This document shows positions 25,339-38,091 of a stretch of DNA of 64,000 nt, piece by piece. Numbering within the stretch: position 1 is the first letter of the stretch; every line of letters starts with the position of its first letter. Below the pieces are notes generated by a model that worked only from the letters and a program-made list of their open reading frames with translations, had not been told where the DNA came from and made no database searches. Origin of the DNA: Takakia lepidozioides (Eukaryota; Plantae; Bryophyta); NCBI GenBank assembly GCA_030704615.1, contig CM060733.1:17980001-18044000 (forward strand). Reading direction: 5' to 3'. Position numbers and translations under genes: made by a program.

Positions 25339-26174
25339 CAAAAAGTGTGCGATTGATGATATGTCATGTGTGGATGTCGACTATAGCTTCTTCTTCTTTT
25401 TAGAAAAAAATTTAAGAGAAGAGGGATAGTTCTTCCTGATGTTACTTGTTCTTAAGTGGTTTCATTTTTCACTTATTGCGGCACTCTCAGGTGTTCTCAT
25501 GGCATAAAGTGCATTATTATTACTTTGTTCTCTGTAAAAAGAAACAGGGAGCGACAGCCCGTCACAATTCAGGCCCTTGAATGTGCATGTGAATGTGTTA
25601 AACAAAAAGAAAAGAAAAAGAAAAGCCTATGGTAGTTCTGGCAGGTAAGCAGACATTGAGATAGTTGATGGTTTTTTTTCCGAAATTTTGGAGAAGTTTT
25701 GAGGAAAAAAAAACGATGATGATGTTTAGGGACCAACGTCCGGGAAATAATTTGAGTTGAACCAGCCAGTAGCCGCTCATTCCCAGCAGCAATCGGCTAA
25801 GTGGGTTGGGCAGTCGGTTGCTGCCCCTTAGTGGTAACTATACCCGGTCAATTTCCAAGATAAATTCCTTACAACCGGTAATATTCCTAATGATTTATTT
25901 TGTGTTCAGCTATAAATCCGGCCCTTATAAATATCAACCGGTTGACTACACAAGTGTCAAATGCACAACAATAAGTAAATAATAATAATATTAATAAATC
26001 ACAACCAGTTTTAAACAAGTGAAGAACATTGTATCCTTATAGAAGTTGGACCTGTCAATGCCTTCAAACCACATGGAGGCCAAGAATTGAACCCGCGTGG
26101 ACAGGTGAGCTGTGATAGTAGGCAACGAGTGCAACAAGGAGTGGGGCCGGGGGCTGCGAGAGCAATGTCTAGAC

Positions 26175-27284
26175 CAGTGTTGGGTATATCAGGGTATATT
26201 GATATATATATACCTTGGTGTGGCAAGTTTAGGTACCCGGATGTATACCCTTATATCAGGGTATATTTTTATGATATACCCTTATCCTTATATTTACCCT
26301 GCATCAAGACCCTCAATATACCCTACTTTCCTGAATGGTATATGTTAAAATGAAGGGTATATCTAATCAAGGTATATAAGGGCCTTTATGTGCTAGGTCT
26401 TTTCTCTTTGTGTTGTGTTGGTAGGGAGTAGGGAGCCTTGAGCTATAAGAAAGCTCCAATCACAGCTAAAACAAATGTTACATATATATCATTCCTAAAA
26501 TGTCATATAACCCAAACAATAACTCTTCAGATCTCGCATATATATATATATATAAGGAAACCTGACAGCCCACAATTTAGGTCCTTGAGGGGTTTTTATT
26601 TATTTATTTATTTAAGGAAATCTGGGAGCGACAGCCCACAATTCAGGCCCTTGAGGAGGGGGAAAGATTAACCCCCTTTCATTTCTGGGCCATGAGACCT
26701 ACAGGACGATCAACCCCAAACATACCGTCACACACGAACAATCCCACACACGGGGCAGGGCAACGGGTTCGAACCCCAAACCACTTGAGTGACACACACT
26801 GTGCACTTACCAGCTGAGCTACCACCTATGTGCCTTTTTTTTTAATCTCAAACCTCCTCCATCTTGCATTGGAAATTAACACCAAAATATTATGCAATAT
26901 ATCTTATCAATTTTCTCTTTTACCATATTGTTTTTTATTTTTTTTGTGTTTTGTACATATTGAAGAACATCTTGTGAGCAGTCGCTCCCAGGTTTCCTTT
27001 TTGAAAAAAAAAAATCATATATTCTTTAAAACCATTAAATTATATATTAATGAAAATAACTATCCATACCCGGAAACTATTCATACCCTCAGGGTATATT
27101 TTGGCATATATATCCATACCCGGGGGTTATATAGAAATCTGAAAAGTTAATTTACCCATACTCCGGAGGGTAAATAATTTTTTGAGATTTCAATTTATCC
27201 ATATTTGGAGGGTAAATGATTTGACAAAAATAATTTACTTATACCCTAAGGGTATATTGAAATCAATATACCCCCAGAACACTG
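26175..27284. mobile_element. Non-autonomous hAT element (Buster/Charlie-type ends)
   Basis: CAGTGTT...AACACTG termini, exact 8-bp TSD GTCTAGAC (26167-26174 and 27285-27292), and many subterminal ATACCC/GGGTAT motifs. Confidence 0.9.
26596..26834 (-). mobile_element. tRNA-derived SINE nested in the hAT element
   Basis: The minus strand has A box TAGCTCAGCTGG, B box GGTTCGAACCC, a 3' body ending TGTGGGCTGTCGCTCCCAG and an (AAAT)n tail. Related 3' ends occur at ~25545, ~26560, ~26980 and ~37560. Confidence 0.8.
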
Positions 27285-27521
27285 GTCTAGACTTAGTAGG
27301 GTTTGCCCGAGGGCCCGCCCTCTTGAGTTCAATATTTTTTCACCTAAACACCCTTCCTCAGATGTAACCCGGCCTGGCACGTTGGATTTCTGCCATGTGG
27401 CGGACTTTGACGGCCATTTCTGGTTTTTATAATATAAGAAGGGCCGGAATCCGTCCAGGCCTTGTATTCCTGATCTAGGATAAAACTACACTAGTCTCCG
27501 TTGTAGGTCGCTGGCTCGCCC

Positions 27522-29647
27522 ATGGCCTCTCTGCCATGCGCGCTCCACTCTGGCCTTGCCTCCGCCAGCTATAGCTGCCACCACACTTCAGCTTCCCTGG
27601 ATAAGAGACGACAACAGCAGCAAGGCGAAAACTTGGAGGTTTCTGAGGTTGGAGAGCGCCAAACAGGAAAAGGAGGATGTGGAATCTCAAAGGGAGACCT
27701 CCAAATCCTTCAGGGGGAGCGAGGTTCTGCAATTGTTCAAAGCAAAGAAGGGTCCCAGGTTTTCGAGAGAGAGCGAGGATGTGGGCAGAATCCGAAGGCT
27801 GGGGAGACTGGAAGAGATGGGGGGCGGGGAAGCCTCCAGGACGGTTGGGGAGGTGAGGGTGAGGGAGAAAGATGTCCCGGAGAGGATTCAAGTAGTATCC
27901 ACGCCGGCATTATTATAGAAAAATCTGGTGAATCAGCTGAGGATGGAAATGCAAACGTACAGAGAGGGTATTTGCCGCAGGACCAAAGAGGGGAACATGA
28001 TGGTCTAGAGTCCAAGGCAGGAATTATTGCCAGGGAGTTCGCGCATCATGAACCCGGGATGGCACGGCTGAACAATGGAAGCTTTGGGAGCTGTCCGCAA
28101 TCAGTGCTAGCAGCCCAAGCCGCTTGGGTTCAGGTATGGCTGCAGCAACCTGATGCATTTTATTTTAAAGATTTGGAGGTGGGCTTGCTCGCGGCGCGCA
28201 CGGAAATTGCCCACTTAATTCACGCACCCAGTGTTCAAGAAGTCGTTCTGGTGGAGAATGCCACAACCGGGGCCGCAATGGTTGCCCTGGATGTAATGTG
28301 GGCTTTCGTGGAGGGGAGATACAACAAAGGGGACTCCATTCTTTTACTCGATTGCACTTATGTGGCTGTGAAGAAAGCTTTCAAGGTACGTTTACACCTT
28401 ACGTACATCATCCAAGATCTCTGCAGTTCTGCTTACTCGACGTATCTGTACATTTTCCTGTACAACACCAATTATTTCACAATGCTTGTAACGGTGCTCA
28501 TACGAGTGTGTGTTGCTCCTCGTCTACAGGGGTATGCGTCAAGGGCAGGTGCCCATCTTCTAGAAGTTAAGATGCCCTTTCCAGTACTCTCTGCTGAGCA
28601 GATTCTCCACAGTTTCGAAGGAGCTTTGAAGAGAGAGAGGGCAGAGAACCCCTCTCGAGCAATTCGCCTTGCAGTGATTGATCACATAACATCCATGCCG
28701 TCAATTGTTCAACCTATTCCGGAGCTCGTAAGACTCTGCCGCAAATATGGGGTGGAGCAGATCTTTGTCGATGGAGCGCATGCAATTGGGAATGTTGACA
28801 TCAATGTGCAAGAAATAGATGCAGATTACTACATGAGTGATGTGCACAAGTGGCTTTTTGGCCCTTCCACTGTGGCTTTCTTCCATTGCAAGCCGCAACA
28901 TCTGTCACGCCTTCATCACCCTATTGTGTCCCACAATCATGGGACTGGTCTGGTAACCGAATGTGATTGGGTGGGTACTCGTGATTACTGTGCTCTGTTA
29001 GCAGTGCCAGCAGCAATCAAATTTATTAAGGACTTGGCTGGGAGTATTGAAGCATATAGTGAGTATAATCACAAGAAAGTGGTGGCTATGGGGGAAATGC
29101 TTGCAACTGCTTGGGGCACACACTTGGGAGCACCGCATGAGCTTTGTGCCGCAATGGTTATGGTTGGTCTGCCTCCATCCCTCAATGTCCACTCTCAGGT
29201 ATTGTTTGCTCTTGTAATCAATATCTGGCGTATGATGGTTTGCCTTAGTCTGGAACTCAGGCAACATATAAACCCTCTTTTTTCTGGTTGAGGTGCTTTC
29301 CCTGCAAGTAATGGACACAAGAATTGGTATCTGACCATATGGAGTTGGACTTTCAGGATGACGCCCTCAAGATGCAGGAACGCCTGCTGCATGAATTTCA
29401 AGTTGAAGTTCCCCTTTTCTATGCAGGGAAACCAAGTCTGGTATTTCAGAGGGATTCACTGTCAGGTGACCATCAGGGCAGGCAGACGGAGGTGACTGTG
29501 TATGCACGGATTTCTCATCAAATCTACAACCGAATGGAGGACTACTGTGTTCTTAGAGATGCAGTCAATTCTCTTTCGGATTCTGAAATTTTTCCAAGTC
29601 CTTATTCGTCTACCGCGACGGACTTGGCAGACCCTCGAGCAGACTGA
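27522..29647 (+). CDS. LCD: L-cysteine desulfhydrase-like PLP-dependent enzyme (aminotransferase class V), 607 aa predicted
   Basis: Exons 27522-28385, 28530-29198 and 29357-29647, all GT-AG and in frame. Motifs EFAHH..ARLNNGSFGSCP, IDHITSMP, FVDGAHAIG, PLP lysine in SDVHKW, WVGTRDY and RISHQIYN. The start codon is less certain because of the long N-terminal extension. Confidence 0.9.
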
Positions 29648-31665
29648 CTCCAACCTTGTCCAAGGAACTTATGGGACAAGTAGGAAATGAATGATGAAAC
29701 AACAACAACCCCAAAGAAATGGAATGAAAGGATACTTCATAACATAAGAATCTAAGAAGAATCTTAAAAAATAAGTTTATCAAAGACCACAAATGTCACT
29801 CAGAGATGGACGGTGGACCATCTCTGATTATTATCATCATCGTCTATATTATGTCCTCCACAAGGGGGTCTATGCCACACCACTCCGGCATTCATGTGGT
29901 TTTCTTCCAGCCGTAAGTCTGTGTATGAATCACAAAAGACAAACCTGGTCATATTGTTCGGAAATGGCTGGCAGCAGGTAATTTGCCAACCTACTTTGCG
30001 CTGCCTTGGAATTTCAGAGGTTACACTGGGAATCCGCACATGTTAAGCAAACAATGTGATTCTTCCAAAAGCTTTCATCCACTTCAGGGGTACTGATTCT
30101 ACTCCCTCCACTATCCCACAGCTCACAGGAACCACCAGAGAAAGGGAGATGTCAACAACGACCATTCCTGACGGGCCTTTACCCCTGCAGACGACTGAGT
30201 CTATGGAGCTTGTTGTGAAGCACCAGCTAGGGTACAGAGAGGGCGCATGTAAGCATTAAATCGTCCAGGAAATGACTTGAATACTCGCATACATAAGTGA
30301 CCTTGGGTATCTATTCAAAAATTACATGTAGAACCAATTTCACAACCAAAAGATGTCAATGACTGATGATTGTTGGGAACTCACAGTGCTGCCAAGGAAG
30401 GGCTGCCATCAGGGAGCTGAATACAGAACTGATAGGCGCTCGGATCTTTTTCCGGCCATGGTCACTGTTCAGCACCCTGCTCTCGGGCAGACCAGAACAT
30501 GTTGCATTTGCAACAGGATAATAAGAGAGATGACTCAGGCTGAGGCCGGCGTAACTAAGAGATTGATGTTGAGGCAAGCCTCAAGCTTAAGCAGGAGTTG
30601 GGGGAGACCACAGCTACCCTGCAACTTGCAAAAGAGGATTTGATCAAGGCAGGCCTTGAACAGCAGCAGATGCAGAAGGATTACAATCAGCAACTGTATC
30701 AGTTGCAGAAAAATCATGAAGAACTTCTGACATCAGAGAAAGTGATTGCTGCAGGGTTAGAAGAGGCTAACCACAAACTTACCATGCAATCAGTGAATCA
30801 TCAAGCTCAACTCCAAGGGATAGAGGCACAGCTCAGGGAGAAAGCCAATCTGTGTGCAGAGGCTAAAGCTGAAGTGATCCATCAGAATGAGCTGATTGCT
30901 GGCATGAAGGAGGACACCATCAGTCGCCAGGAAATCTCCCTCAAGGAGTTGAGGCTCTACAAAGATTCACACTCACCGAATTCAACCTGCAAAATCAAGC
31001 AATTAAGGATGCTTACGTTTTTATACAACATCTGATTATCCATGTGTACTCTTTCAGAATCCATGTGTTCAGGAATCATATTATCACAAACAAGGGTAAA
31101 GCTCTAACACCTACTTGGGGTATCAGAAAGTAGAATGACTTGAAAGGGGCCCACTCTGGCGATGGATCCTCTTCTGCATTGAAGCGCATGGCACCATACA
31201 CTTTGATAAATGGAGATCCTTTGGAAAGAAACCTGAAACAGGCATTTACTGCTGTTGATGAGAAGAGAGTTTGGACAGCAGTGCATAGACAATGCAATGA
31301 AATAAGGGAAAAAAGAGAGGAATAAATTTTACCTACTCATGGGAGGCCAAGAGGACCGACCAGGGGAGCCAAGAAGGTAAACCATGCAAGAAAGTGGAAG
31401 TGTCCAAAATCACCAAATACTGCTCAGAGATGGACCACCTTATGCAGGTAAGCTGCTGAGCACTTTGGGTCCTCAGAGCTGGAGGCATCCATGAAAAAGG
31501 GGTACCCAAGCAGTTGACAGAGTCAGAGGGGAAGGAAAGGAGAGGGGAGAGGGAACATGGAATTAACCTTTTGATAGCCTTCCAGTTATCCCTGGAGAAA
31601 GGCTTAAGATCACTGAATAGCACAGCCCCATTAAGGAATATTTTGGATTCAATCTGTGCTGCCTC

Positions 31666-31790
31666 TGATCTCACAGGTACTGCTCCTTCTTCCAGCACAA
31701 TACGATGTTCACATATCGATGGTGGCACCCCCTTCAAGTCTGTATAGGTCCATGCAAAAGCCTGTTTGTTCTTTACAAAAAACCATGCCA
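31666..31790 (-). mobile_element. Short Ty3/Gypsy pol fragment
   Basis: AFAWTYTDLKGVPPSICEHRIVLEEGAVPVR is the typical pre-RT motif of plant Gypsy elements. Confidence 0.7.
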
Positions 31791-33654
31791 GTCCATCAAT
31801 ACTGGAGTTAAAACATTCGTACCAATGGAAATCATTGCTTCTTCCTCCATAGTTCCCAAATTTAGTTCTTGGCACAGTTCCTGGGTTTGTGTACGCCATG
31901 GTAAATCTTCATTAGGGGTACTCCATATGTTGGAGCATATACTTAAACACCTCGGACTATGCATATGAGGGTAACTTAATCCAATTCTACAAAGCTGCAA
32001 AAGCTTGAGAACTGTGTAAACCCAAAGCAGTTTCCCCCTTTTCTTGTGGGTATTAATGTAGGTTTGTGTGTATGAGAGAAGGATGTACAGGAACTGGTTG
32101 CGTAATTGCCTATATTCTCAGCTGGTTCTGGATGGGGAGTTGGGAGGAGTAGTGGGAAACCTAAGCCCAAGATTTTAGCGCCAGCCATTCGGCAGGCAAG
32201 CTAATCAAAACTGTGAGCAAGAGAGGGACCGAGAGATCTTCTTACAGATGCATCAAATTGGACAGGTTGTCTAAGTGAAGATGTGGTTATAAACTTGTGA
32301 CTGACTCTTGCCCCCAATGCCTTTCCTCGTGTTTGTAGAAAGCAGGCTTAGGAAGTGGAGAAGGTGACAGAGGTATTGCAGCCTGGCCATTAGGCATTGA
32401 AGAGCACAAGTACACAGATGTGGAGCTTGCCAAGGCAAAGGCCAGTGCAGCCCAGGCGCACGAGAATTGGACTTGAGTTTCTAACAAGTAACCTAAAGGC
32501 TGTTGATGTTTGTATAATGAACTAGGTGGAGATCCTGCATACTGTTTGTTGTACTGGTGCTCCACTTCAATTGACAACAACAACAGCCCACTGGTTTACA
32601 TTCTTTTAGGGAATGGTTATACTCATTTCTTCATTCAACCCATTTGGAGTTGTATGCTATTGTACCTTTACAAGCTTGCTACAAGCTTGCTACAAGCTTG
32701 ATCAGCAGATAGTGACCACAGGCATTGTATTTGGTTCCCTTTGCATAAATGGTCACCTTGTTTGAAAAGCATGGCCACATGGTATTCTGCGCAGCAGAGG
32801 GCAAAGCCAAAAAACTAAGCAAGAGTCCAACAGACTTGCATATAAGTTCTTGTATCTGTGAAAAAGTGGGGAAAGTGCTACTGTCAGATTCAGAGAATGG
32901 AAAATGCTGCCTATCACTGCACTACTGACTGCCAGAATGTAGAGAAACAAGCTGATCCACAGGGAGACTTACATACAATGTCAACGAGGACTGACACGAA
33001 GAAACAGACCAAGTGCAATGGACAATTTGCAGACACAAATCACAACTAAACCAATCCAGCACAACTGCATGGTGGCTCTATTTCGATTTGAGAACTAATC
33101 ACCGTCTCCACTTGCTCCCCACCAGTGCTCACCCACTGCAACCTCTTGATTTCCTGCAATTGAGTTAACCTCTTGAATTCCTCCAATTCAGTTGTCACCT
33201 TGTTGATGCTAATTGCCAGATTCAAAATATCATCCACAATTGTACCTGCAATTCACACCACCGTTCAATTGATTAGACGACTACATTCCAAAGAAGCTAT
33301 GGGAGTTTATCAGACAAAAAACCAAAACACCCAGACCACTTCCACCATAGTCAAACAAACAAAAACAGACACAAGTTTGTGCCTGTGAGCCTTGCATCAC
33401 AGCCCTCAGCACTTGTCAGATTACAAAGATCCCACAGCCTCTTATCAGATGGTAATTCACCTCATGAAACAAACTTCCTCAAGCACTGTGAGCTTTTCTT
33501 GCTCAAGAGTCTTAGTCCAGACAGGCAACAATAGAAAGATGAAGACAGGGGAGGTGAAAGCACAATTACCGGATGTGCTTGATGTGGACGGACTTGCGGG
33601 ACTTGCTGGATTGAGGAGAAAATCCAACGTTTTCTCGTCATCACTTGTCCAGGG

Positions 33655-33692
<38 letters not shown>
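33655..33692. repeat. (GACTCCT)5 heptamer run
   Basis: Read directly from the sequence; it abuts the large tandem array. Confidence 0.9.
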
Positions 33693-33693
<1 letters not shown>

Positions 33694-33696
33694 GTG

Positions 33697-36600
33697 CTTG
33701 GACCAATAGACCACTGGACATTGTCTTTTGCTACAGCCTCCCCTAAGAAACAAAAAAAAATCATGCTAAATTAGGGTTGAAGGTATGTACCCTTCAAGCA
33801 TAATCCGATTTGGAATATACTTGTCCACATGTGAACACAGCAGCCCCGCTGCAAGGTTATTGATTTTATATTGCATAGCCCTGTGGGCTGTCCCAGAAAT
33901 GAGATATCTGTCACTCTTCAAATGGAGCAGGGCAGGGCAGGGTAGGGCAGACCAGAGACAGAGTTGGGGGGGGGAGCTGAGATGCAGTACCACGACTGAG
34001 GAGAACCTTATAGAACTCCTGCCAGCGCTGTTCTATGCTCCAGCATTGACCTATGTGCAAGATATACCAAGTGTCAAAAGGCCACGATACTGTGCAAAAC
34101 CAGACCTGCAGGAGTGAGTACTTGACCAATGGACCACTGGACATTGTGTTTTGTACAGCCCCCCCTGAAGAAACAATAAAAAATATTGTGCTAAATTTAG
34201 GGTTGAAGGTATGTACCCTTCAAGCATAACCCGATTTGGAATATACTTGTCTACATGTGAACACAGCAGCTCCGCTGCAAGGTTATTGGATTTAGATTGC
34301 ATAGCCCTGTGGTCTGTCCCAGAAATGAGATATCTGTCACTCTTCAAATGGAGCAGGGTAGGGCAGGGTAGGGCAGACCAGAGACAGAGTTGGGGGGGGG
34401 GGAGCCGACCTTGTCAATGATGTGGCCACGACTGAGGAGAACCTTAGAGAACTCCTGCCAGCGTTGTTCTATGCTCCAGCATTGACCTATGTGCAAGATA
34501 TACCAATTGTCAGCCTTGTCAGCCCGGTTGCAAGGTTACTGATTTTAGTTATTATAGCCCTAGAGGCTGTCTCAGAAATGTCATGTCTGTCACTCTTGGA
34601 ATGGAGCAGGGCACGGCAGGGTAGGGCAGACGAGAGAGAAGGGGGGGGGGGGGGGATGACTCCCAAGACATTGTTTGCCGTAGCCTTGTGGTCGTTGAGG
34701 AGGACGGGGAAGGAGAGAGAGACAGAGAGGAATGTACTCGTAAAGAACTTTCCACTCGATGTGGGAAATTGACCAGGCTGCACATGCTTTCCTCTCTGCA
34801 ATCCATCTCAATGGTCCCTAGCCTAAGGCTGGCCACTGTGACAACAAGGCATGACGATGAACTGTCTGACTAAACCTTTGAATGCAAAAGGATGCTATGA
34901 GTACAATATTTAACTATATCTAGGTAGTGCTCAAACATGATCGACTAAGATAAAGTTCACTACTGTTGCTCCTTTCAAAAGTTCGACACTCCAGATGAAA
35001 CCAAGTGCCTTATAGAGTCTTGCGCGTGCCAGCAAGCATGATGTTTGATAGAGACTCGAGAGCCCCTGAGCAACATATAACGACTCTCAGAGGCTGCCTT
35101 TGTTCTGTAAATTTACCTCAGTTTTGTAAGTTGAAGGTCCTAAAGTACCAGGAAACACAAGAATGCAGATCAAAAAGGATGTGTTGAACGTCTTCTTACA
35201 GATTAAGCGTCAGTTTCAGGCTGGGAATATGTCGTCCGATAAAGCCCTCGTCAGTGAGGTGTGGTAGAATTTGGTCACTCTCTTCCAGGGCCAGGCTGAT
35301 CTACTGTAAGTCTTCAGCCACCTTTTGTCCTTGGGCCCACGATAGAAACAAAGTCTTTCCGCCTTCAAAAGGCCACAATACTGTGCAAAACCAGATCTGC
35401 AGGAGTGAGTATTTGACCAATGGACCACTGGACATTGTGTTTTGCTACAGCCCTCCCTTAAGAAACAATAAAAAATATCGTGCTAAATTTAGGGTTGAAG
35501 GTATGTACCCTTCAAGCATAACCCGATTAGCAATATACTTGTCCACATGTGAACACAGCAGCCCCGCTGCAAGGTTATTGATTTTATATTGCATAGTCCT
35601 GTGGGCTGTCCCAGAAATGAGATATCTGTCACTCTTCAAATGGAGCAGGGCAGGGCAGGGTAGGGCAGACCAGAGACAGAGTTGGGGGATGGAGCTGACC
35701 TTGTCAATGATGCGGTACCACGACTGAGGAGAACCTTATGGAACTCCTGCCAGCGCTGTTCTATGCTCCAGCATTGACCTATGTGCAAGATATACCAAGC
35801 GTCAAAAGGCCACGATACTGTGCAAAACCAGATCTGCAGGAGTGACTATTTGACCAATGGACCACTGGACATTGTGTTTTGCTACAGCCTCCCCTGAAGA
35901 ACCAAAAAAATATCGTGCTAAATTAGGGTTGAAGGTATGTACCCTTCAAGCATAACCCGATTTGGAATATACTTGTCTACATGTGAACACACCAGCCCCG
36001 CTGCAAGGTTATTGCATTTAGATTGCATAGCCCTGTGGTCTGTCCCAGAAATGAGATATCTGTCACTCTTCAAATGGAGCAGGGCAGGGCAGGGTAGGGC
36101 AGACCAGAGACAGAGTGGCAAGGGGTGCTAACCTTGTCAATGATGCGGTGCCTAGACTGCAGAGAACCTTATAGAACTCCTGCCAGCGTTGTTCTATGCT
36201 CCAGCATTGACCTATGTTCAAGATATACCAACTCTCAGCCTTGTCAGCCCAGTTGCAAGGTCATTGATTTTAGTTATTATGGCCCTAGGGGCTGTCCCAG
36301 AAATGTCATGTCTGTCACTCTTGGAATGGAGCAAGGCGCGGCAGGGTAGGGCAGACTAGAGAGAAGGGGGGGGAGAATGACTCATTGTTTGCCGTAGCCT
36401 TGTGGCCGTTGAGGACAGAGAAATGTACTCGTAAAGAACTTTCCACTTGATGTGGGAAATTGACCAGGCTGCACATGCTTTCCTCTCTGCAATCCATCTC
36501 AATGGTCCCTAGCCTAAGGCTGGCCACTGTGACAACAAGGCATGACGATGAAACGTCTGACTAAACGGTTGAATGCAAAAGGATGCTATGAGTACAATAT

Positions 36601-37034
36601 TTAACTATATCTAGGTAGTGCTCAAACATGATCGACTAAGATAAAGTTCACTACTGTTGCTCCAAGTGCCTTATAGAGTCTTGCGCGTGCCAGCAAGCAT
36701 GATGTTTGATATAGATACTCGAGAGTCCCTGAGCAACATATAACCGACTCTCAGAGGCTGCCTTTGCTCTGGAAATTTAACTCAGTTTTGTAAGTTGAAT
36801 GTCCTAAAGTACCAGGAAACACAAGAATGCAGACCGAAAAGGATGTGTTGAACGTCTTCTTACAGATTAAGCGTCAGTTTCAGGCTGGGGATATGTCGTC
36901 CGATAAAGCCCTCGTCGGTGAGGCGTGGTAGAATTTGGTCACTCTCTTCCAGGGCAAGGCTGATCTACTGTAAGTCTTCAGCCACCTTTTGTCATTGGGC
37001 CCATCATAGAAACAAAATCTTTCCGCCTTCAAAA
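33697..37034. repeat. Higher-order tandem repeat, (A-A'-B)x2, with A ~420-440 bp and period ~1.7 kb
   Basis: GACCAATRGACCACTGGACATTG recurs at ~33701, 34124, 35414 and 35852. B blocks end with TTTCCGCCTTCAAAA at ~35370 and ~37034. Confidence 0.9.
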
Positions 37035-38091
37035 TAACTCAAACAAAAATGATCCTCTTGAAACTACATTCTCAAGATCAAGAAGAGATTCGAGGCCGAA
37101 GAACACATATCAGGCGAGGGATAAGTCAGAAAAGTCCCTTCAGGTTGAGGAGGTATGCGAGAAACTCTCTGCAAGGGCCGTGACACTGATCTACAGGAGA
37201 GGAACTGGAAACTATCTCGAGGACCACACTGATCTGCGCAAATACTTCAGATACTTTTCCCTGAGGAAGTCCCTTGAGGAAGTATGCGAGAAACTGTAAT
37301 TTAGACTAACCTTTATTGGCTCCTCCCTAAGGAGAGACCACGCAACGATTGTTTTCTCCTGATGTACCTTCCCCACTTAATACCTGCCTATCAGGATAAT
37401 ACCTGATAACGTGATTATATTTGATATATATATATTTTTTTAAAAATAGAAAGGGGTAGTTTATTACCCAAGGCCAAAACTTGAGCGGCTGAAGTCCCGC
37501 ATTAAGCTTTTTTTTTAAGAAAATTATTTTAAGAAAAAATCTTTAAAGGGAAACACCTGGGAGCGACAGCTCACAAATCAGGCCCCTTGAGAAAATAACC
37601 TCTCATTAACCTCGTTGTAAGGCTTTCCGATGCGACACTGCGCAACACCCATCAAGGATTTGACCCAGGGTCATCCGGATGGCAATATTTTTAATAACTT
37701 GAAGATCTCGAATGACCTGCTCAATTTTAGATTTCAATTATTTTTTAATTTTTAATTTTAGGTTTTTAATGACATGATGTATAGTTTATTGGAGGCCAAA
37801 ACTTTAGTTCTGAGGTCCAGAACTTGAAAGTCTGGAACTTAACAGCTTAAGTCCGAAACTTGAGTGGTTAAAGTCCGGCTTTGAGCTTTTTTTTTTAAAC
37901 AAATTATAAAATACTTTTATAACTTTAAAATTTAGGTTGAACTTTGATCTTTATGTTCAATTTTAAATTTCAATTTATATTTTAGTTTCTTTTCCATTGT
38001 GAGGAGACAGCGTTGACATCTAGATACATCAGATAACTTCCACAGAAACCTCGGTGAGTCTTATCTCGAATGATATGATCCCCACCCAGAA

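Noticed and set aside
26755-26834. tRNA gene
   Set aside because: A and B boxes are present, but there is no convincing acceptor stem or cloverleaf, and it continues into a repeated body and A-rich tail, so it is a SINE.
27522-29291. Single-exon 589-aa LCD as given in the ORF track
   Set aside because: It reads through a 144-nt intron and into intron 2. The conserved C-terminus is in 29357-29647.
33697-37034. CRISPR-like interpretation of the repeats, and the recurring small ORFs (MYPSSI.., MKSDRY..)
   Set aside because: Units are hundreds of bp with no unique spacers, and the context is eukaryotic. The ORFs recur only because the DNA is repeated.
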